A DNA stretch of 64,000 nucleotides from a virus. The stretch is taken from the IMG/VR virus record IMGVR_UViG_3300040815_002027; one strand, written 5' to 3'. Positions 8,955 to 17,631 of the stretch are shown here, one piece after another. Positions within the stretch are counted from its first letter, which is position 1. Every line of letters begins with the position of its first letter. Under the pieces are notes generated by a model. It did no database searches. It was not told where the DNA came from and saw only the letters and a list, made by a program, of their open reading frames with translations. Position numbers and translations under genes: made by a program.

Positions 8955-9359
8955 ATGAACAATTACGATTTCTTTTTATTCACAAAACTAGTGGATGTAA
9001 GATTCCCCAACAATAAGGATTCTTACGATGAGTTGTACGATACCTTATCTATGGCTTATAACTCTTTTCTATCAAGTAAGTATAACGACTTTGATAAAGG
9101 AGTTTATGAGTGTATAGAAGAATACTTGGAAGATGAGGACTTACCATTCAGACAATGTACAAAGACTGGTAGTTACATTGTAGAGGGGTATATGGTCAAT
9201 CACAATTTAATGTCGTACGGAGATATCGAATACTATGCTTCAGAAGAAGATTTAGTAGAAAGATTGAAGGAAACTTATCCTGAAATTTCAGATAAGGAAG
9301 AACTACTGGCTACTGCCTATGAAGATGAGTATTACTGTTGGACACAATTTAATAATTAA
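8955..9359 (+). CDS. acidic hypothetical early protein
   Basis: ORF track. Confidence 0.8.
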   Translation: MNNYDFFLFTKLVDVRFPNNKDSYDELYDTLSMAYNSFLSSKYNDFDKGVYECIEEYLEDEDLPFRQCTKTGSYIVEGYMVNHNLMSYGDIEYYASEEDLVERLKETYPEISDKEELLATAYEDEYYCWTQFNN

Positions 9360-9377
9360 CTTTAAACTAAAACTATT

Positions 9378-9572
9378 ATGGAAGATTTCAAATTAATCAA
9401 TGTACTGGAACTGGCTTCTGAACTAGCAGATATGAAAGTTAGAGAAATTATGGTAAACTTTTCAGATATTTACATTGAAGATAGTGATGGAAGTACAAGG
9501 TATACTGAAGAGGCTCAAGACCTATTTAACGAGTGGTACGATTCCTACACTGAACTAATACAATCTATTTAA
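9378..9572 (+). CDS. acidic hypothetical early protein
   Basis: ORF track. Confidence 0.8.
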   Translation: MEDFKLINVLELASELADMKVREIMVNFSDIYIEDSDGSTRYTEEAQDLFNEWYDSYTELIQSI

Positions 9573-9590
9573 CTTTAAACTAAAACTATT

Positions 9591-9836
9591 ATGGACAAAT
9601 TACTTAAATCTGAAATTGACAAAGCAAAAAAACTTTTAAAAGACAATGGCTACCAAACGTATAACTTGTGGCACATTGACGATGTATTGGATGAAGAAGG
9701 GCTTTTAGAGGATGGCGATAAGATGGAGATACTGGAAGAAGCACTCACAAATGAATGGGTTATAGAACAAATTTTTTTTATTATAAACGACATTAGAGAT
9801 AGGTATATTGAAGAAGTTAAAAACAAAAAAGCATGA
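9591..9836 (+). CDS. acidic hypothetical early protein
   Basis: ORF track; LWHIDDV motif. Confidence 0.8.
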   Translation: MDKLLKSEIDKAKKLLKDNGYQTYNLWHIDDVLDEEGLLEDGDKMEILEEALTNEWVIEQIFFIINDIRDRYIEEVKNKKA

Positions 9837-10084
9837 GAAGGAAGTATTTAAATAGAGTAACAGAAAGTGATTTTATAAACTGGTACTTTAGCGATTCAGA
9901 AGACTTGACCGAATTTGCAAAAGGTATTATTGATGAACTGGCAGAGACTGGTAAATGTAACTTGACTGTAAAGAAAGTATTTGATAACTGTGGGTATATA
10001 CCCTCACACATTTGCGAGTCTAAACTGGATGGGGAAGAATACCAACCGCACGAAGTTAGACTGGTAAAAGATATTTCTAATTAA
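9833..10084 (+). CDS. hypothetical early protein
   Basis: ORF track. Confidence 0.75.
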   Translation: MRRKYLNRVTESDFINWYFSDSEDLTEFAKGIIDELAETGKCNLTVKKVFDNCGYIPSHICESKLDGEEYQPHEVRLVKDISN

Positions 10085-10172
10085 AAGTAAAAAAGTTAGG
10101 GGAGAGTGTATAATAATTAAAAACTTTCCCCTATATTTGCAGAACATTAATTAACCATAAAAACTTAAAGTT

Positions 10173-10340
10173 ATGAAAGTAGCAAGACCCAAGACAGAAA
10201 AATGGCATAATGACCAAGAAGGTGATTGCAGAAAACCTATTGATAGAGATGGAAGTAAAAAATCATATTATAAAAAAGGATGGTGGAAAAGATATGATAG
10301 AAAGAAGTTTTTCCGCAATATTAACAAGTGGTTTGGATAA
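10173..10340 (+). CDS. small basic protein (55 aa)
   Basis: MKVARPKTEKWHND...KWFG*, directly behind a promoter. Confidence 0.65.
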   Translation: MKVARPKTEKWHNDQEGDCRKPIDRDGSKKSYYKKGWWKRYDRKKFFRNINKWFG

Positions 10341-10418
10341 TTACCGCTAAAAGTTTGCGGAGAAGAAATAAAAAACTATATTTGCAGAACATTAATTAAC
10401 AACTAAAAATTTAAAACT

Positions 10419-11078
10419 ATGCCAAACTGGTGTTCAAATTACGTAACGATTTACGGAGAAGATTTCTCCAAAGTAAAAGATTTACTTTTAACTAAAACTG
10501 ATGATGATGGTCTTTTCGAGCATACTGTAGGTATTGTAAAGGAAGGCTATTTAAGAGATGAAAAGTATAAAAATTTAGGAGAGGTTATGCTTGATAACAA
10601 ATACTTTAACTGGTACGACCACAACATAAACGAGTATGGTACAAAGTGGGATGTTAATGAGATTTCATTTGATGTTTTTGCCGACCCATCTGATGAGCAT
10701 ATTTCCTTTAGTTTTGAGTCCGCTTGGTCTCCTCCTTTAGAATGGGCAAGAAAACTGTCAGATAAGTTTAAAGTAATTGTGGTAATAGAGTATGCTGAAA
10801 ATGGTTGTGATTTTGGAGGTAGGTCAATATTTGAGAATGGAGATGAAAAGGAATTTGCACAATACACATACCTTAACTGGATGTTAGTTGATGATACGAG
10901 TGGAACTAGGTTTATGGAGGAAATAGAGTACATAACATCTCATATGGACAAAGATGAGTTTGAAGAGTATAAGCAGGATATTATAGAGTCTGCTGAAGAA
11001 CAGTTAGACTCTACTTTTGTAAAGACTGTTGTGGATGTATTTGATGAAATAGAAAAGAGTATGTTTGAAGAATCTTAA
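10419..11078 (+). CDS. DUF1281/YubB-like ferredoxin-fold protein
   Basis: MPNWCSN start, WY..N...YGTKWD, FESAWSPP, YAE.G.DF.G motifs. Confidence 0.8.
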   Translation: MPNWCSNYVTIYGEDFSKVKDLLLTKTDDDGLFEHTVGIVKEGYLRDEKYKNLGEVMLDNKYFNWYDHNINEYGTKWDVNEISFDVFADPSDEHISFSFESAWSPPLEWARKLSDKFKVIVVIEYAENGCDFGGRSIFENGDEKEFAQYTYLNWMLVDDTSGTRFMEEIEYITSHMDKDEFEEYKQDIIESAEEQLDSTFVKTVVDVFDEIEKSMFEES

Positions 11079-11386
11079 TAGTAATAGGTTATGTTTTAGA
11101 GTGCCTCTCCCCCGCTTTTGGAGGAGGGGTTTTTTTGTGCTTATAAGGATGATCCGATATACCTACTAGTTTGCGTGTTGTGTGAACTGGTTGAACGTAT
11201 TTGTAAGTTTATTTTAAAGTTATTGTACATACTATATGTTTACTTTTAAGTTATTATATGTATTATATGTTTACTGTAAAGTTATTCTGTTTACTTTTAA
11301 TTTATTTTTTTTTGTAGAAAAGTTTGCGGAGAAGAAACAAAAAACTATATTTGCAGAACATTAATCAACATTAAAAACTTAAAGTT

Positions 11387-11665
11387 ATGGAAACTTACAA
11401 AAAGATTGGTAATTACACATTCAAGTTAACATCAAAATACAATATTGGTGATGAAATTTTTTATCAGAATATGAAATGGAGTTATAAAGATGAGAAAAAT
11501 ATCATTACAAAAGAAAAGGCAAAAATAGTTGATATGTATGATTATGGTAATAAAAATTGGGGAACACTAAATGTTAGAGTTATACCTGAAAGAAAAGAAT
11601 TGTGGGATAAGGATGGTGGTAGGTGGATTAGTGAAAATGATATTATTTCAAAGGTGGGTGGGTAA
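11387..11665 (+). CDS. hypothetical protein followed by a cassette-type 3' end
   Basis: ORF track; followed by TTGCACATAAC and the conserved TATTTGTTAACCCAAGTT site. Confidence 0.8.
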   Translation: METYKKIGNYTFKLTSKYNIGDEIFYQNMKWSYKDEKNIITKEKAKIVDMYDYGNKNWGTLNVRVIPERKELWDKDGGRWISENDIISKVGG

Positions 11666-11714
11666 AAATTATTGCACATAACTATTTGTTAACCCAAGTT
11701 TAAACTTAATACCA

Positions 11715-12107
11715 ATGAAACTAACATTCAGTATTTTAATTATCTTTATATCTTTAACTGTACATTCACAGTCCAGAAGATTCACTTTAGATAAAAGTAA
11801 TTTAGCAACAGTACAAAGTAACAATATTAATCAACCAACAAAACAATCTACTATGAAGTTATTCATCGCAATCGAAGAAGGAAGGAACCTACGTTCCAGA
11901 TTCATTACAAGCTTGGAAATTATTGCTAGAAATGAAATTGAAGCTAGAAAAATTATCAGAGAGTATAATCGTTATGTATTTGATAATAAGTTAAAAGTAA
12001 AAGAATTGAACAGACCTATCATTTGTGAAGTAACTATGACTGGTGCATTTGAACACCATAAGAACTCTACTAGAGGGTTTTATAACCCTACTACAGAAGT
12101 ACAGTAA
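11715..12107 (+). CDS. hypothetical protein with predicted signal peptide
   Basis: MKLTFSILIIFISLTVHS|Q; alternative internal start MKLFIAIEE. Confidence 0.6.
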   Translation: MKLTFSILIIFISLTVHSQSRRFTLDKSNLATVQSNNINQPTKQSTMKLFIAIEEGRNLRSRFITSLEIIARNEIEARKIIREYNRYVFDNKLKVKELNRPIICEVTMTGAFEHHKNSTRGFYNPTTEVQ

Positions 12108-12130
12108 AGATATATTCACTCACTCTGTAT

Positions 12131-12165
12131 AAAGGTGCTACATTAATTTGTAGTGCCTTTTTTTA
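12131..12165 (+). terminator. intrinsic terminator of the ACATTAATTTGT-apex family (also near 14056, 15604, 16352)
   Basis: Stems differ but remain complementary; apex identical; T tracts follow. Confidence 0.85.
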
Positions 12166-12228
12166 TGCTTATAAGGATGATCCTTTATACCTATTAGTTT
12201 GCGTGTTTGATGAAGTGACCAGTCAGTA

Positions 12229-12364
12229 TATATGTTTATTGTAAAGTTATTCTGTATACTATATGTTTACTTTTAAGTTATTCTGTATACTATATGTTTA
12301 CTTTTAAGTTATTCTGTATACTATATGTTTACTTTTAAGTTATTCTGTATACTTTTAAGTTATT
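12229..12364. repeat. 31-bp tandem repeat TATATGTTTACTTTTAAGTTATTCTGTATAC, about 4 copies; degenerate arrays near 7770, 8800, 11205, 13285, 14165
   Basis: ATATGTTTAC recurs at 12261, 12292, 12323. Confidence 0.9.
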
Positions 12365-12441
12365 TTTTTTGCAGAAAAGTTTGCGGTGATGAAATAAAAA
12401 ACTATATTTGCAGAACATTAATCATTCTAAAACAACACAAT

Positions 12442-13164
12442 ATGAAAAGTTTAACGTTTTTATCAGCCAATCAAAAAGTTGTAAATGTCATTGCATTAAA
12501 TAAAACTAAAAATGGCAAAATAACTACACCGAATAAATTAATACTACAAACCTATCACTTTGATATTGAGCAAATAAATTTTGCCAAACAAGGTGGTAAA
12601 GGTATTAATTTAGATACTGGATTTCTTAATCCTAAATTAACTGAAAATAATTGTTTGAGCTGTCCTTTAAGATTTGGCGGTTGTTATACACATCACGGTA
12701 TCCAGCCTGTAGGCCATTTATCTATGTTACGTAGATTGGCTAAATTAGATAAAATACCTCAATATTCTGTTGATACCATTAACCAATCTTTAGCAATGTT
12801 ACAATTAACTACAAATAAATACATTAGGTTTGGCAGTTATGGGTGTCCAACAAATTTACCCTTTAATTTGGTACAATTATTAGCCGAAAATGCTAATAAC
12901 TATACGGGATATACGCATGAATGGCACAATCCTAAAAACTACAAATATATGGCTTATTTTATGGCTTCTACTCACCAAAGTGACCCTATATTCAGTAGCA
13001 AATTAGCCAATGATTTGGGTTTTAGAACATTTGAGATAGACGGAAAAGTTAATACCGTCCAATGTCCACATTCAACCAACAAAGATATTAAATGTGACAA
13101 ATGTGGTTTATGTAGCGGATATAAAGGTAAAGGAAAAACAAATATAGGTATCCCAAAACACTAG
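12442..13164 (+). CDS. Cys-rich phage protein, Gp88/DUF7227-like (possible Fe-S, radical-SAM-related)
   Basis: CLSCPL..GGCY, IRFGSYG.P, GYTHEW, MAST, GFRTF, CP...CDKCGLC; true ATG lies after the promoter. Confidence 0.65.
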   Translation: MKSLTFLSANQKVVNVIALNKTKNGKITTPNKLILQTYHFDIEQINFAKQGGKGINLDTGFLNPKLTENNCLSCPLRFGGCYTHHGIQPVGHLSMLRRLAKLDKIPQYSVDTINQSLAMLQLTTNKYIRFGSYGCPTNLPFNLVQLLAENANNYTGYTHEWHNPKNYKYMAYFMASTHQSDPIFSSKLANDLGFRTFEIDGKVNTVQCPHSTNKDIKCDKCGLCSGYKGKGKTNIGIPKH

Positions 13165-13186
13165 GTTTAGATTGATTAATTAGTTT

Positions 13187-13219
13187 AACGGCCTGGCAAT
13201 AAGTTAGGCCGTTTTTTTT
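13187..13219 (+). terminator. intrinsic terminator
   Basis: AACGGCCTGGC...GTTAGGCCGTT followed by T tract. Confidence 0.8.
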
Positions 13220-13476
13220 ATGCTTATAAGGATGATCCTTTATACCTATTTATTTGCGTGTTTGATTAATTACTAATTAGTGTTTATGTTTACTTTTAAG
13301 TTATTATACACACTATATGTTTATTGTAAAGTTATTCTATATAGTATATGTTTACTTTTAAGTTATTCTATATAGTATATGTTTACTTTTAAGTTATTTT
13401 TTTCTAGAAAATTTTGCGGTGATGAAATAAAAAACTATATTTGCAAAAGATTAATTAACAATTAAAACTTATTAAA

Positions 13477-13758
13477 ATGAGGAATTTAAAATTGCACGAA
13501 ATTATTGAAAGGTCTGAATCGCTTGTGGAAATTAGCTATAAAGACGTTGCACCAAAAGTAAAACAATTAAAAACTTACTACGGTACTAAAGTTTTCTTTT
13601 TGGCTACATTTGTTAGCAATGCTATTCAAGGTGGTATTGTTGTCCCAATAGATTATATAAATGAAGCAATAGATGAAATAGCACTACTACATTCAGAAGA
13701 TAATGAGGAATTTGAATATTTAAAAGAATTATACAGTCACCAAACAGTATTATTATAA
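13477..13758 (+). CDS. hypothetical early protein
   Basis: ORF track. Confidence 0.75.
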   Translation: MRNLKLHEIIERSESLVEISYKDVAPKVKQLKTYYGTKVFFLATFVSNAIQGGIVVPIDYINEAIDEIALLHSEDNEEFEYLKELYSHQTVLL

Positions 13759-13784
13759 TTAATTAACAATTAAAACTTATTATT

Positions 13785-14033
13785 ATGCCGTACTCAATTG
13801 AAGATACTATGGAAATTTACCTGTTAAATAATGAAACAGGCGAAGAATGTACTTTTAAAGTAGATTTCAACTATTACTATGACGAAGGTAGATATCACAG
13901 TGCGTGGGAAGATAGTTATCCTGCTGAAGAATGTCTGGAAGTTACATGGGTTGAAAATGAAGAAAATTTGCCCGACTGGGTAACTGAGGAAATGATATAT
14001 AATGAGGTGGAAAATAACTTACACTGTTATTAA
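13785..14033 (+). CDS. highly acidic small protein
   Basis: ORF track; E/D-rich. Confidence 0.8.
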   Translation: MPYSIEDTMEIYLLNNETGEECTFKVDFNYYYDEGRYHSAWEDSYPAEECLEVTWVENEENLPDWVTEEMIYNEVENNLHCY

Positions 14034-14346
14034 TATCATAGAAAAATAGTGTTAAAATAGGGTAACATTAATTTGTTATCCTATTTTTTTTCTTATAAGG
14101 AAGACCTAATATGCGTACTTGTTTGCGTGTTTGACCAATTGACTGGTTGACTGGATCTATTTTTATATGTTTACTTTAAAGTTATTCTGTATACTATATG
14201 TTTACTTTAAAGTTATTCTGTATACTATATGTTTACTTTTAACTTATTATTACTATCAAAATAACTTTTTAGTAAAAAAAATTAACTTGATATTGAAATA
14301 AAAACTATCTTTGTATCGTATTAATTAATAACTAAAACAACACAAC

Positions 14347-14505
14347 ATGGAATTTTTAAAAGAATTCGAATTGCAAGGATTTACTTACCACCTAGTTTTA
14401 CACTGCGAAAAAACATACTTTTTTTTCGCTGGACTATTTTTTGAGGCTAACGGTTTTGAGTCTCAAATAACCGTTGAAAATTACATTTTATCATTATTAA
14501 ATTAA
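14347..14505 (+). CDS. small hypothetical protein (52 aa)
   Basis: Manually translated; behind promoter at 14306. Confidence 0.6.
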   Translation: MEFLKEFELQGFTYHLVLHCEKTYFFFAGLFFEANGFESQITVENYILSLLN

Positions 14506-14511
14506 TTAACT

Positions 14512-14691
14512 ATGCTAAACTTAATCAAGCTCGTATTTTTGGTTTTAATTGGTATTGCATTATTGTATATTGATGCGGTTATAAAAATACCACAATTAAA
14601 ACTTATTGCATCATTTCCTTTTATGACAGTGGGAATATATCTAATTATCCTATTCCTTTTCCCTAAATTGGAAAAGCGGATAATTGGCTAA
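14512..14691 (+). CDS. small two-TM membrane protein
   Basis: MLNLIKLVFLVLIGIALLYI...GIYLIILFLFP. Confidence 0.6.
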   Translation: MLNLIKLVFLVLIGIALLYIDAVIKIPQLKLIASFPFMTVGIYLIILFLFPKLEKRIIG

Positions 14692-14791
14692 CTTTTTTTT
14701 AATTGGGTGAAAATTTTTTCATCCAATTATTCTTTATTTCAAATTTATTTATATCTTTGCTATCATTTTAAACTTTAAAAATTTTCAAAAC

Positions 14792-15580
14792 ATGGAAAAA
14801 GTAATTTCAAAAGACGAATTAATTAAGATTTGTCCAGCAGTAATTTCAAAGCAATCACCATCAGTTAAAAGCCGTTATGTTCATATTAACACTATGGACG
14901 TTATTGAGCAAGTATTAAACAGTGGCAATTGGGATATTACCAAAGCAATTGGTAAGGACCAATACGGTTACCATCAAGTTATCTTGACTCAAAACGATAG
15001 TTTTGAGAACACTGACAAATTAGGAAAATTGTTTCCTCAAATTAAAGTAATTTCGTCTCATGACGGTACAACAAAATTTCAGATGCTTATGGGTATTTTT
15101 AGACTCATTTGTGATAACGGTTTAGTTGCACCGATGAAAAATACTTCAGAAGCAAATACCGTAAAACATATTGGCATAGACACTGATTATGTTAACGGGG
15201 TAATCGAAAATACTTTATCTAACGGTTACGGTATTATTGGGAAAATTTCTAAAATGAGGAACACTGATATTTTTGAGGATGCAAAAATAGACCTTATTAA
15301 CACCGCACTATTGACTAAAGGTAGGGTACATGAAAATGAGGCTAGTAACTTTATTTCAAAGTTAAATACCGAAACCTACAAATCTATTTGTGAAATAAAT
15401 AGACCACAGGATGCGGGAAATAATATTTGGAATGTTTTTAATACCGTTCAAGAAAATGTGCTACGTGGTAATTATACGGTTTACGGGGAAAAGAATAGAA
15501 AGGCTAGACCTGTTACTGATTTTCGACTAAACGACCGTATTAATACAGCTATGTTTGAAAAGGTATTAGAACTAGTATAA
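14792..15580 (+). CDS. DUF932/DUF945 family protein
   Basis: SRYVHINT, SHDGT, GIFRLICDNGLV, WNVFNTVQEN motifs. Confidence 0.85.
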   Translation: MEKVISKDELIKICPAVISKQSPSVKSRYVHINTMDVIEQVLNSGNWDITKAIGKDQYGYHQVILTQNDSFENTDKLGKLFPQIKVISSHDGTTKFQMLMGIFRLICDNGLVAPMKNTSEANTVKHIGIDTDYVNGVIENTLSNGYGIIGKISKMRNTDIFEDAKIDLINTALLTKGRVHENEASNFISKLNTETYKSICEINRPQDAGNNIWNVFNTVQENVLRGNYTVYGEKNRKARPVTDFRLNDRINTAMFEKVLELV

Positions 15581-15864
15581 CATTAAAATAGTCTAGCATT
15601 AAGATAGGGTAACATTAATTTGTTACCCTATTTTTTTATCTTATAAGGACGGTATAATATGTATATTTATTTGCGTGTTTGACCTATTTTAAAGCGGTTT
15701 TTTTAGACGTTTTTTTGTTGACTGGGATTGTTCCCTATTGAGTAAAAAAAAGTCCTGAAATTAGCCTTAAAATAGCCTTGTAAAAAAAATGAAAAAAAAT
15801 TAACTTGATATTGAAATAAAAACTATCTTTGTGGAAATTAATTTTTTAACTAAACTTAACTATC

Positions 15865-16332
15865 ATGAAAAATTTAAAAGAACTTTTAGATTATTTGCAC
15901 AAATTAATCGTACTGGAAAACCGCTCAAATGTCGGCTTTGTATGGATAGGGAAAACGTCCATTGCTAACTTAAATAAGTTAGGCAAAGAACTTTATCCTG
16001 AGGGAATAACTAAGGTGCAAAAGACTAAGGCTAATATTGCTAATAAAATTAGCCGTCATTTTGATAAAGTTAATGAGCCGTTAAAAGGTATTGGTACATG
16101 GGGAAAAAGGATACATGCTGGACGTGTTGACCACAAAGAAGCAAGTTATATTGAAGTTTTCAGTGCGAAAAATGAGTATCAATATTTTTGCAATGCTACG
16201 GGCAATGAATTAAATTTTGCTGAAATTAAGCAATACCTATCTTTAAGACAGCCAACAGCACATAAATATAGACGTTTTAAATTGGATGCAAATGTAGATT
16301 TTGTTTCCTTTGCAGGAAAGCGATTTAAATAG
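15865..16332 (+). CDS. hypothetical basic early protein
   Basis: ORF track, own promoter. Confidence 0.75.
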   Translation: MKNLKELLDYLHKLIVLENRSNVGFVWIGKTSIANLNKLGKELYPEGITKVQKTKANIANKISRHFDKVNEPLKGIGTWGKRIHAGRVDHKEASYIEVFSAKNEYQYFCNATGNELNFAEIKQYLSLRQPTAHKYRRFKLDANVDFVSFAGKRFK

Positions 16333-16745
16333 CCTATAATTTAGTTTAAATAGGGGACTACATTAATTTGTAGTCCCTTTTTTTGTGCCTATCTTATTCT
16401 AATAGGCTATTTAGACGTCAAATTTTAGACGTTTTTTTATTTTAGGTATATTACTATCATATTGATACAAGTATCGAAATTTCGCCTTAAAATAGGCAAT
16501 TAGACCATCCAGAATATTATACTATTATTTAAGTGTTTTACGAAATTATATTTTATAATTTAAAAGTATAATTTAGCCAAAGTATAATATAATAATATAA
16601 TTTGGTATTATACGTGTATGGCGAAATTATATTTGGGGGTTAGGTTTCTTGGCGATATAAAATTTGGTGGAGGGTGGCCTGGCGCAGACTCGTTTTTATA
16701 TCGAGGTCAAAATTTTTTACTGGGAAAAGTGTTTATCAAACTGGA

Positions 16746-16841
16746 CCTACCTCCCTACCTCCCTACCAACCCTATCCTTCCATCCTACCTACCCACCTAC
16801 CTACCATCCTACCAACCTACCTACCAACCTACCAACCCATC
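16746..16841. repeat. C-rich low-complexity (CCTA/CCAA/CCCA)n tract
   Basis: About 95 bp with no G on the + strand. Confidence 0.9.
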
Positions 16842-16998
16842 AGTCTACTTAGTCATATACCTCCAGCCTTACTCTTTGTATCAAACATAAAGGATCGAAA
16901 AAAGTTGGGGGGAGACTCTAAAAAATTATTTGCCTAAAAAGTAAATATTTATATAAGAATAGTATTTTAAAAAAATTCCGCAAAAAAAATTTTTTCCT

Positions 16999-17631
16999 GT
17001 GAGACTAGTTTCCCTACTTCCTATTAGAGAGTCTGTAACTTCCAAGTTTTCTTCTATGATCAAGTCTAATCCAGGGCTTATTACAAAGACTTTACTACCC
17101 ACTTCAGTTCTTATGTTAATACCTTTATTAGCTAATAGTAGGAGTGTTAAGTATTTGGTTCCAGATCATAAAGACACTTTGTTAAGTTTTTGGCGAAGGT
17201 CTATTAAGTATTTAGGAAGTAGTGTAATTTCTATAAAGGAGTATGATATAGACTTGGATAAGTTAACTCCAGAAATTGTTGGCGAGATGTCTGCATCTTC
17301 TGTTGATATTATAACAGCCAGGGTAATCTTAGATTTGCTTTCCAAAGATATTTTAACAAAAGTTAAGGTTAGATCAGATAAGGTAAGAAAAGCTGTGTCG
17401 TATTTGGTAAAGGATATTACCAATTTAAAGGATATTGACGATAGTGCTATAGATGCGTATTTAGAGTCTTTAAGGGATGGGAGTAATACTTTTTCTTATA
17501 ATGGCATTCAGTATAATACCTATTTAGAAGATAGTCCTATTCAGATTGCAAAAGCAGAATTAAGTGATAAGGCAAGTGATCATAAAAAAGTTGGCGAGAT
17601 GGTAGACGAATTAGAAAAACTGTTAAAATGA
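16999..17631 (+). CDS. hypothetical protein
   Basis: ORF track, GTG start downstream of TATTTATA. Confidence 0.7.
   Translation: MRLVSLLPIRESVTSKFSSMIKSNPGLITKTLLPTSVLMLIPLLANSRSVKYLVPDHKDTLLSFWRRSIKYLGSSVISIKEYDIDLDKLTPEIVGEMSASSVDIITARVILDLLSKDILTKVKVRSDKVRKAVSYLVKDITNLKDIDDSAIDAYLESLRDGSNTFSYNGIQYNTYLEDSPIQIAKAELSDKASDHKKVGEMVDELEKLLK

Larger units (their letters stand above)
6417..15680. repeat. dispersed bipartite motif CTTATAAGG-N21-TTTGCGTG, 9 copies (6417, 6665, 7702, 8736, 11140, 12168, 13223, 14092, 15640)
   Basis: In all nine copies GCGTG starts exactly 33 nt after the C of CTTATAAGG; spacer sequence varies. Confidence 0.95.

Noticed and set aside
12229-12364. CRISPR array
   Set aside because: The 31-bp units are head-to-tail with no unique spacers, and no cas genes were recognised
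12325-12441. N-terminal extension of the Gp88-like ORF
   Set aside because: Runs through the 31-bp repeats and promoter; ATG 12442 is the plausible start. Similar start corrections were applied at 735, 3267, 8262, 25039, 26777, 27198, 41230 and 62246
6417-15680. Dispersed repeats as a CRISPR or IS ends
   Set aside because: Copies are separated by whole genes, are all co-oriented, and no transposase is present
16618-16937. Three overlapping + strand ORFs (PTY/LPT-rich)
   Set aside because: Artefacts of the stop-free CCTA low-complexity tract
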